From NCBI RefSeq assembly GCF_006345805.1, contig NC_043005.1:558001-622000 (forward strand): a stretch of DNA of 64,000 nt. The letters run 5' to 3'. The notes under the pieces are model-generated. The model was given only the letters and a program-made list of their open reading frames with translations. It was not told the DNA's origin and did no database searches. Position 1 is the stretch's first letter; every line of letters begins with the position of its first letter. The DNA is from Octopus sinensis. Taxonomy: Eukaryota. Of the stretch, positions 29,434 through 41,773 are shown piece after piece. A program made the position numbers and the translations under genes.

Positions 29434-32400
29434 GCTGTGACAACACATAAAACAATATCATTGATGATGATGGTGGTGATGGTGATGGTGATGATGATAA
29501 TGATGATGGTAATGGTGGTGATAATGATGATAGTGATGGTAATGGTGATGATAATAACAATAATAAGCCGACTACGGCTGCTATAATGGTACGATTATAA
29601 TTGTAACGGCAATGATGGCCGTCTCCCCACGAGCCAATCAAAGCTAAAAAATGATAACATTATCGTAGCACCAAAATGTTTTTTGGAAACTAAAAGGAAA
29701 ACTAAATCAGTATACCAAATCGCTTGTCCTATGGTTAATCTGGAAGCGCGTCCCCCAGGGAAGAGCCAGCCTGGGATCGAAAAGTCATCAACTGGCACAA
29801 ACTCTTCTCCGAATACGGACATGGATGGTCACTTGAACGGGAAATCCCCCAACTCGAGCCCTCCAAGTTCACCACCACAACCACCACAGAAAGAAAAATG
29901 TAAGCGGAACAAATGGACCCGAGAAGAGTATAAAGAAGTAATATACGCTTATTACTATGCATTAGGTAGGCCATCTCAAGAGAGACACACCGCAAACTCT
30001 TACAGTATATGGAGAACACGGAATCAAGACAGTAGGCCCTATTTGGACGAGAACAAATTAGCAAATGTGAGGAGGGATATCTTTAGAAATAACAGACTCA
30101 CAGACAGTGAAATAAGCGCAATCAAGCACGCAACGGAAAATGACATAAATATAAGACACAAAGGAAATGAAGAATCAGATGAACAGTATAGCCCGCCACG
30201 AGGCTTAATTGAAACACTGCCATCTGACCAAAGTACGCAAAGGCCTGAAGATACAAGAAATTCTATTGTACCTGTTAAAGATAGCCAGGAAAACGAAAAA
30301 ACAACAGTAACTGAAGATCTCGCATTTGCTGAAGAACACAGAGAGTCCATGGCAGAAATGAGGCAGAAAATCCTGAATACGCTTGAAGTTGTAAGACATA
30401 CAAGTATGAATGATAGAGAACCGCTTCATAAACTCTCAAATACAAACCAAAATAAAAAACAAATCCAAATTGGCAACTATGTAACAAATGAAATAATACG
30501 AGAATTAAAACCTGATTTTACTGAGTTAAATGAAATTATTTACGCTTCTGCTAGGGCAATTGAAACCAGCTGTATGCCCCCGAAAAAACAAAGAAAACAA
30601 AACCTGGGAAGAAATCAAACCTGGAGAAGTAAAATTGAAAAAGAGATTGAATTTATGAGAGGGGAAATATCAATATTAAATGAACTAATATGTGGAAATG
30701 ATGTAAGATCCAGAACAGGAAGAAAGATGAAGAGAAAATTTGGATCCTCACCAAGAGAAGAACTGATATCAATAAAAGAAACGCTGAAACAAAAAGTCCA
30801 AGCAAAAGCCCAAAGAATACGAAGATTTGAGAAGAGAAACAAGTTTTACAAGCAAAATAAGCTGTTCACATCCAATGCCAAAAAATTCTACAGAGAAATA
30901 GGGAAGGAGAAAGTAACCGTTAAAGACCCCCCTCCCATGGAAGAAGTTCAAAACTTTTGGAAAAGGATTTGGAGTGACAAGAAGACGTACAACATAAATG
31001 CAGACTGGATTATACAAACTGAAGGATCCTACCAAAATTTACAACAAGCATGGGAAGACATCACAATAGCAGACCTAAGAAAAGCACTCACGAAGGCCCA
31101 TAATTGGAAATCCCCCGGTAAAGATAGGGTGCCGAATTTCTGGCTCGCATCGCTCCCGTGCGCACACGGTAAGCTAGTTCAGCTGCTCAATGGAATTATG
31201 AGAGACCCAAAGAAAACACCTGAATGGTTAGCAAGTGGCATTACTTACCTACTCCCAAAGAATAACGAAACCAACCTTCCAAAAAACTATCGGCCTATAA
31301 CCTGTCTATCCACCACGTATAAAATCCTAACATCTATCCTGGCGGAGAAAACATATGCATTCATGGAGAAGAACGATATTGTCCCCATTGAACAAAAAGG
31401 GTGCCGCCGAGGCTCTTACGGATGCAAAGATCAACTGCTAATCAATCGTATGATCCTTGAGAACTGTCACAACAAGCGCAGAAATCTCAGCACCGCATGG
31501 ATTGACTATAAAAAGGCCTTCGACAGTATACCGCATCCATGGATCTTGAGATCGCTGGACATCTTCAAAATTTCCCCTGTGATTTCAAACTTCCTGAAGC
31601 ACAATATGTCGTTGTGGAATACGAATCTCCAATTATACCACTCTAATGGAGTACTTGCCTCAGAAAATATAAACATCAACTGTGGAATTTTTCAAGGTGA
31701 CTCACTTTCACCTTTAATATTCTGCATAGCCCTAATACCCCTAACAAGTGAATTAAACAGAACAGGGTATGGGTATAAAATTGCCAATAAAAAAATAAGC
31801 CATCTATTTTATATGGATGACTTAAAACTTTATGGTAAAGACAATAATGAACTTGAAGGCCTATTGCGCACCGTGAAAGCATTCAGCGATGACATCGGGA
31901 TGGAGTTTGGACTTGAGAAGTGTGCCAAGGCCACTTTCCAGAAAGGGAAAGTGAAGACCACAAATTCAGTCGTGTTAGATGTTGACACAGTCATAAGAGA
32001 GATTGAGCAAGAACAAACATACAAATATTTAGGGATAAATGAAGGCTCTGGTATTCAGCATGCAAGCATGAAAGAGAAAATCAGGAAGGAATGTTATAGG
32101 AGAGTTCGTGCAGTCCTGAAATCTGAACTAAATGCACGTAACAAGGTGTTAGCTATAAATTCCTTAGCAGTTCCAGTTGTTACTTATAGCTAAATTCCTT
32201 AGCAGTTCCAGTTGTTACTTATAGCATATGGAATATGAGTGAAGTAAAGAATATAGATAGAAAAATACGCAAGCTGCTGAGTTGTAATAGGATGCACCAC
32301 CCAAAGGCAGACGTAGATCGCCTTTACCTTCCCAGAGCCCAAGGAGGTCGAGGCCTGATCCAATTTGAACTAGCTTACAAAACAACCACAATTGGACTGG

Positions 32401-32745
32401 CCAAATATCTCGAAATATCGAATGACTGGATGCTAAAGCTCGTGGAAAATCACGAGAAACGAAAGAAGCTTCATTCTATCATCAAGGAAAGCAAAAAATT
32501 TGCTATTGATCTCGTGCAGGATACCCAAACTGAACAACCCATATTTAAAAAATATGAACGAAATACTGAGTTTGGTTTAATGGCCTACCAATATACACTA
32601 TGAGTTTCTTTGCCCTAGGAGTCGGGAAGACACTCGGCAAGAAATGGAAGAAAATTTGAAAGAAGAGAAAAAAAGTAACAACAACAACAACAACAACAAA
32701 AACAACAACAACAACAATAACAACAACAACAACAACAACAACAAC

Positions 32746-32777
<32 letters not shown>

Positions 32778-34991
32778 CAATAATGGTAATAATATAGGGT
32801 TGAGGTAACTCCTCCAGAAGATACAGAAGCAAAAAAAGAAGAGTGTCATTGTTATGAAGTGAATGATATTTCGACATCTCGTTTGTTTTGCACAGGTTCA
32901 AAAAAATAAACTTGTCAATCTACTTCCTTTATTGCCCACAATGGCCTAAGCACAGAGGAGACAAACAAGGACAGACAAATGAGTTTCGAGTCCAGTGCTC
33001 AACTGGTACTTAATTTATCGACCCCGAAAGGATGAAAGGCAAAGTCGACCTCGGCGGAATTTGAACTCAGAACGTAACAGCAGACATAATACCACTAAGC
33101 ATTTCGTCCGGCGTGATAACGTTTCTGCCAGCTCGCCGCTTTTGTTTGAGTTTATCTTGGCTTTATATAGTCTCTGATAAATTTATCTTTTCGGATATAG
33201 ATGGAGCTCTATTGGATGATAAGTGTATCACTTCAGGTCTGGAGGTTGAAATCGAATAAAAGAAATCATTTTAAAAACATAGTCCACAAACTTTACCTCT
33301 CCAAAAGACAAAGGTAAAATTTTCTCAGTCGTAATCAAATAACATCAAGAAAAATTAACTCCGGGTTAGAAGTCTGCTGACCAACCAAGCTGTCCATCTA
33401 CATACATCTTTTTGTGAACCCTAAAGAACAAGGTAAGAAAATTTTTATAAATCTCTTAAATAGAGCTCAAATAATATCAACAAATAAAGGAATTTGCTGA
33501 CCAACTAACCTTTCCGCCTACTGTCTTTTCTGAACTCTAGATAATCAAATTTCTAAGCTTAAATCTTCATGACCTAAAGCTGATATGCTTAAATAAACAC
33601 ACCGAATCACAAAATTTTACATGTTGGACAGAACGCTGCACAATAACTTCTAACTTCATAAAACAAACAAGTTAAGTACAGATAGCAACAACAACAATAA
33701 CTCAACCTACTTACTTAGCTGCAGAATAACTTATAACTTCTCACCTACCTTCATTTTCTTGTGAACCCTAAAAAACAAGCTCAGAAGCTGACACACCTAA
33801 ACAGACACACCTGATTGCAATGTTGTACACATGCCACTGAACTCTAAACAATAACACAACACCAACGTTTATTAATAAAAATCTACTGTAATATTATTGT
33901 ATCAAACCTCGTCATACAACCAGAGCTCCATCTACAGCAGAAAAAAAAACCAAACTTACTGGAGACTATATATGACCCAGAATATCTGAGTCCGCGGAAG
34001 GCTAAAACTTCAAAGTCACTGACAACACTATTCTTGTAATATATATATATATATATATATCACCGTGATCACTGTGACCGACCAGGCTATCAGATGTTGC
34101 TACATATCGCTGGTCACAATGCGCTTCGCATTATTTTAGCCTTCAAATGACGCCACCTCGCTGGCTAAACGAGCAGGCCAATATATATATATATACGTTC
34201 AGCAAAATTTAGATTCAAATGAACATGGTACTTCAGTTAGATGCGCCAGAATTTTGTACGGTGTTATCTATATAAATCCATGGGGTGATTATAATCAAAA
34301 TAAGCAACAAGAATATCTTCAGTAATTTGGTACGATCGTTTCACGCTACTTCATTTTATTAAGCATTGTAAGTATTACAACAGTTTTAAAATGTTGAGCA
34401 ATCATCAGCCATTAATAGAGGTTTTCCATCAATACATATACTTATTTTCATGTTAATTGATAATATTATAAAGCGGGTAGATATACGGACAAAGATGTTG
34501 ATTTGAATGTTAAGAACATTAAGGTCTTAGAATTTATCTTCTGACTGAAGAATATTCTTTAAGTTATATGGAACTGCTAGAAAGTGGGGAGGGATGTTCT
34601 GTTGGATGGAGACAAAAGAGATTTTCTATTTATAGAAGTAGGTAGGGGTGAAATAAATGTCAGAAATTATTCCTAAAGAAAATTAAAGTGGAAGGGGTTA
34701 TATTGTCTTAGAGGCTGTTTACTCCTATTTGGCAATGCGATTTTGTATCAAGAAAACTAGGTCAATGCTAAATGATCACAATGGCCATCCATAAACTAAA
34801 TAGTTACAGAAAATACAGAGATTCCTTTATACTTATACAAATATATACAAATATGCATCCGCTTTAATCTTTAAGATTATACTTGGCTAGTAGGGGTTGA
34901 TTATTTCAATAAGTTGGATTAAAAGAGAATTATAAATCTAATATTTATTAAGATCGTACCAGATTACCGAAGATATTCTTGTTGCTTATTT

Positions 34992-35059
<68 letters not shown>

Positions 35060-36201
35060 GGAGGTGCGAAAATGCAATTTTAAAAGATGTCTATTCACTT
35101 GACCGGTTTCACTTTTTTAGAAAAAGATTATCAAAAGTAAACTGTAAAGCTTTGTTGTGTTAAGTACTGGTTGTCACAAAAATATTACAATATATATATG
35201 CATTCTTTGATAATAATAAGAACATGTTAAAAACAGTTTACAAGGAAAAATCTTGGGAAAATATAAAAAAAAGTTCATTAAAATATTGGGCACAAAAAAT
35301 TACAATACATATATACATTCTTTGATAATAATAAGAAAATGTTAAAAACAGTTTACAGAAAAAAATTTTTTTTGAGAAATTATATATATATATATACATA
35401 TATATATACTCTTTTACTCTTTTACTCGTTTCAGTCATTTGACTGCGGCCATGCTGGAGCACCGCCTTTTAGTCGAGCAAATCGATCACAGGACTTATTC
35501 TTTGGAAGCCTAGTACTTATTGTATTGGTCTCTTTGCCAAACCACTAAGTTACGAGGACATAAATATACCAGCATCGGTTGTCAAGCGATGTTTGGGGGA
35601 CAAACACAGACACAAATATATGCACACACACATACATATATAAATGTATATATACACATATATACGACGGGCTTCTTTCAGTTTCCGTCTACCAAATCCA
35701 CTCACAAGGCTTTGGTCTGCTCGAGACTATAGTAGAAGACACTTGCCCAAGGTGTCACGCGGTGGGACTGAACCCGGAACCATGTGATTGGTAAGCAAGC
35801 TACTTACCACACAGCCAATACTAGTAATATCAAATATATTTGTATATGCAAACATGTGCATATATATGTATGTTACACACACATACACACATACGTATGT
35901 CAGTCAATGTATGTATACATATATACCCATGTATATCTATGTGTGTGTATATATATATATGCATATATGTATACATACGTATAAATGTGTGTATGCGTCT
36001 GTGTGTGTATACACATATAGATATATACATGTATATATATATGATATAGGTGTGGATGTACACACACATACACACATATAGATATATAAACATGGGTGTA
36101 CACATATATAAATGAATAAATATGCTTACATTTATGTAGATACATATGCGTTTAAATAAATACTTATTGGGGTAGATGGACGAGTATTTATATGTGTATG
36201 T

Positions 36202-36254
<53 letters not shown>

Positions 36255-37904
36255 CGTGCGTTCAGCATCTTCCTTACCCTTTACAAACCAGTTTTATCAT
36301 TCCCTCCGATCCAATGGTCATTGTTTGGTCGACCCAAGCACCAGGATTTATAAGTTTCTTGAATGCGAAACTGCAAAAACATAGATTCAGGAGAAAAAAT
36401 GTATTAATTCACATAATAATACTGTAGAGAGGAATATTTTTAATATATATATATATAATAAAAAACGATTACCTATGTACTAATTAGTTTCACTCGTTAA
36501 TATTTACGTATATGGACATGCAAACATCTGCAAGATCATCAGCATCTGTCGTTAATTTTAAATAAAAAAATGTTCTCTAACCGGTAAATTGACTGCTGTA
36601 GTTTATTAAGTGCAGAGTAATTCCCGATCTCAGCGCGCCAAAGTGAAGGCATTTGAAAGATACACATACATATAATTTGTAGAACTTTATACATGCTGAA
36701 TTGCGGTTGAGCGTTCTGTATCTAGTTCTGGAAATTGTGTTTTATAAAATTTACGGCAGCGAATTCGTGACGAACCCTTTTTCTTTTCACTGTCGTTTTT
36801 TCACTTCATCTTTTTTACAGCGGCCCTCTCGATCTATACCTGTTGTTGTGCTCTTTCCTTCATATCTTCGTTACCAGCTCCTTCACTCTCTCTTTCAGAC
36901 CTTCCTCTTCCTATCTCCCCTCTCCTTTTTCATATCTTCTTTCTTTTTCCGCTTCCCTCTCCCTTCCTTTGTCTCTCTTTACACCTATCTCTCTCCCTCT
37001 CTTTTCCATATCCTTCTCCTTTTCTCATCTCTTTCCCTCATTCTGTCTCTCCCTCCCTTTGTCTCTTTCTACATCTACCTCTCTCTCTCTCTGTTTCATA
37101 ACTCTCACTTTTCCTCTCCTCTCCCTCCATTTCATATCTTCCTCCTTTTCTCACTTCTCTCTCCCTTCTTTTGTCTCCCTCTCCATCTACCTCTTTCCCT
37201 CTCACCTCACCCTCTCCCTCATATACTTCTCTTCTCACTCCGTCTCTCCACATCCTTCATTTTCTCATAAGACAACATAAGACAACACAATATAGTCACA
37301 TGCAATACATATCGCCCACCAGATGGTCCAAACCACATAGGCAAGTTTGAAGATTGCCTCACAAGAATTAAAGAAATCCTCATGAAACTGGAACACCACG
37401 TGAGCATATTTCTTATGAGTGATTTCAACTTCCCCAACGTCAAATGGCTCGAAGGACTCATGCTTTCAAGAATGACTCATTGCAAGCAAGCACAGGTGGA
37501 GTCCCTGCTCAACCTCACTAATGACCTATTCACGGAGCAAGTTGTACTTAGACCAACTAGGGCGAATAACATTTTGGATCTCTGCTTCACAAATAATATG
37601 GACATCGTTCATGGTGTGAAAATGACGCCGACACTAGTTTCGGATCACAACATAATAGAAATGTCTATGTATGGACCAAAAGTAGCTAGAGAAATACAGT
37701 CTTAAGGAAGCACCCAGAATCTCTCCAATCGGAACCAGAAATATGTCCCACAGCATAAGGCCAACACAAAAAGGAACAAGATTCCAAGGAAGAGGAAGAT
37801 CCTCATGAGACGACGGACGAAGGATGCAAATAACCTCAACCAACATTCCAAAAGTGGTGAAAGGTCCCACCTAAAAACAACACTGATGGAGAGTGAAAAA
37901 AGGC

Positions 37905-37944
<40 letters not shown>

Positions 37945-38488
37945 TGATAGGAATGATATTACAAACAACTGGGGTTTTTTTGTATGTTTCTGAATGGCCT
38001 TCCAGGCTGCAATTGCTTTGGTTTCAGCGCATCATATCAGATCAAAACATCTGCTACGCAAGTACGTCTCCGATAATAAAATTCAAAAATATCTGTTAGA
38101 AAATGGTGTACTTATTCATTAAAATAACAAGAAATAAAAAGCACTTACTCGTTGATAAGCATAAGTAAATAAGTGTGAGGGGCCAAAATTTTGAAGAGTG
38201 GATGCGTCGGATGTATATTCCTATGCATGTGAGCACTGACAATTTGCATCAGCATATGGGTTAAACCTGAAAAAGAATATTATTTTCATCTTGTATTTTA
38301 CATCATATATGCGATAAGCGATTTAACACGAATACATTTTTATAGTTTTTTGCTGTTTTACTGGCTTCAGTGTTACAGGGGTGACCACAATGGAGCAATG
38401 CTTTCATGGGTTTTTAGTCCTAGTCTTCTATAAATTTAATTTATTAATATCTAGGTTGTTTTATAGGAAGCCTGACTCGAGTTCACAA

Positions 38489-38570
<82 letters not shown>

Positions 38571-38849
38571 GTCTATCTATCTATCTATCTATTTTTCTTC
38601 TTTTTTCTTTTGTTCCTTTTCCTTTTCTTTTTTTTCTTTCTTCTTTTTTTATTTTTTATTTTATTTTATTTATTTTTTTTGTTCTTTTCTTCTCTTTTAC
38701 GATCCCTCTTGATCGAAAACCTACGCCACCCTTTTTTTTTCATCCCCCAAAAGAAAAGCTCTACCTTGTAACTTGTCCCATCTGTGTGCAGCCCTGTGTG
38801 GCCAATAAAGAAACTTATCTATCTATCCATCTATCTATCTATCTATCTA

Positions 38850-38900
<51 letters not shown>

Positions 38901-38901
38901 G

Positions 38902-38948
<47 letters not shown>

Positions 38949-41188
38949 GTCTACCAGTCTGCATGTCTGTGTATCTCTCCGTCTGTCTATCTATCTATCT
39001 ATCTATACATGTTTGTATGTATGTATTGCAAATTTTATTAGCAATAATATATAGAAATTTTTTTATTTTATGGTTAATTTTCCATAATATTTTCCCAGAA
39101 GATTTGGAGATGTTCCTTATAAAGTATTCATCAAGCAGAAATTACTGTCACCGACAGTACAATGCATCTCTACGACTTCCAAGGAGGAGGAAGTGGACCA
39201 GCGAAGGAAACAGGATAGTGATGCAGTGCTACTTAGAAAGTGAACCTAAAAGAAGGGGCCATAGAAAATGGGTGTTGATACTTTGGGTAGAGAAGGGTAT
39301 GTTTCAAGTAACTGAGCTGAGATCAGTAGATCAAGCTAATGAAGTGGATGAGAGAAATGGAGGGGAGAAGAGATCACTTGAGAACTGGAAAAGAAAGACC
39401 AGACAGTGGGAAAGACAAACAACGACATAAGAGATACAACTGAAACAAAAGAAGAACCCAAAGGAAAAAAATAATAACAATAAGGAAGGGACAACTGGCT
39501 TTGAGTGATTTGAGTGATTTAAGTGGGGAAGATGAGAATATTTTAGATGAGTTTCAGGAAATAAATGAGTAAAGAAATAAGAAAAAGTTTGCCAGCATTA
39601 AAAGACACCAACAGAAGGAGGCTACAAGGAGTGACTTGGAAAGTAGATTCTGTTGTCAGTTGGATAGGATAGATGATAAATATATAGGAGACACTAACTT
39701 ATTGATCTGTGCAGGAGGGGTAGTAGTTACTAGAAGATTGGATATTCCACTGGGTAAGATTGGAAAAGAGTAAATGTGGAAAAGGAGACTACAAAACAAA
39801 GTGGAGACTTTAAAACAAGACCTGGGTAGAATAGAAGCCTGGAAACTGAACAAGTTAGGAAGCACAAGATACAGATCTTCCCTTGAGAAAAGATACCTAG
39901 GCAAGAAAGCATTTGGGACAATAATAGAAGATTTGAAACAGCGTATCATAGCAGTAGCAGGCAGCATCTCCAGTTATAAGAAAAGAATAGATCTGTATCA
40001 ACAGAATAGATTATTTGAGACAGACCAAAGGAGATTTTATAACCAAATAAAGATGAGAAACCTAATGCAGAAGAAGCTAGAAAGTTTTGCAGTAATATTT
40101 GGGATAGACCAAATGCAGTATGGTTAAAGAAAGTGAGGAAAGAAGCAGTGAGTGAGAAACAGCCAAATCTATGATTAGCTACTCTCTTTTACTCTTTTAC
40201 TTGTTTCAGTCATTTGACTGCGGCCATGCTGGAGCACCGTCTTTAATCGAGCAACTCGACCCTGGGACTTATTCTTTTGTAAGCCCAGTACTTATTCTAT
40301 AGGTCTCTTTTGCCGAACCGCTAAGTGACGGGGACATAAACACACCAGCATCGGTTGTCAAGCAATGCTAGGGGGACAAACACAGATACACAAACACACA
40401 TACATATATATATATATACGACGGGCTTCTTTCAGTTTCCATCTACCAAATCCACTCACAAGGCTTTGGTCGGCCGTAGGCTATAGTAGAAGACACTTGT
40501 CCCAGGTGCCACGCAGTGGGACTGAACCCGGAACCATGCGGCTGGTAAACAAGCTACTTACCACACAGCCACTCCTGCGCCTAGTGTATTAAGTGTTAGG
40601 AAAAATGCCGAATTGGATGGCGCCAGGACTAGAGTTTGTTCAAGGGTAATGGCAAAAGAAATTTAGTAGTTTACATGAAAGTGGATGAGGGAACAATTCC
40701 AGGATTGCCTTAATGAAAGAATAATACCAGATTAGATGGCTAGAGGGAGGACACAACCCCTTATGAAAGATAAAAGCAGGGGTAGTACAGCTAGCAATTA
40801 TAGACCAATCACTTGCTTACCACTAGTGTGGAATCCGTTAACAAGAATGCTTTCAGAAAGCATTTACGAGCACCGTGACAACCAGAACCTACTACCAGAA
40901 GAACAGAAAGGTTGCAGAAAGAAGGCTAGAGGAAAACATGATCTATTATACACAGAAAAAGCAATCAATACCACCCAATCTAAAAAAAAAAAACATCTAA
41001 AAACCTTAAAAATACCCTACAATCAAGATGTATTGCAAAAGTCGGCATTACTTGGAACTGCACGCATATTGTGTAAAGTACTGTCTGTGTGAGGTCTTTG
41101 TTGTGACTTGACAAACAGTACAAAACCCCGATAGATACAACATCTTCAATCAACAACCACATGATATTGTATAATGTGCGGCGACGTC

Positions 41189-41239
<51 letters not shown>

Positions 41240-41643
41240 TAATAATAATAATAATAAACACAGTATAAAGTGATAAGTTCAGAATCTCAAGGCAACTACA
41301 GTACCAGTGATTGTAGGATCTCTAGGAATGATAAAAAAGGTACTGAAACCTATTTGAAAATGATTCCAGGCTTACCATCCCGACAGGAAGTGGAAAAAAT
41401 CGTGTTAACTGGTACGGTTCATGTACTGAGAAGAGCACTATCGCTGTGAAAATAACATCCATCCATGAATTTAATATTTATTAATTTTTAAATACATATT
41501 TTATCTGTGAATTTGCGCGTGTAATCTGGGAATGCATGCAATGCCCTTCTCTGCCCTAGGTGTATGGAAAACTTGTCGAGAAACGGAAGAAAATTTGAAG
41601 AAGGAAAAACATAATAATAATAATGATGATAATAATGATAATA

Positions 41644-41687
<44 letters not shown>

Positions 41688-41705
41688 AATAATAATAATT
41701 ATTAT

Positions 41706-41773
<68 letters not shown>

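Noticed and set aside
29600-29680. HDV-like ribozyme at the 5' end of the long Dong copy
   Set aside because: Only two small hairpins; no P1/P2 pseudoknot could be built
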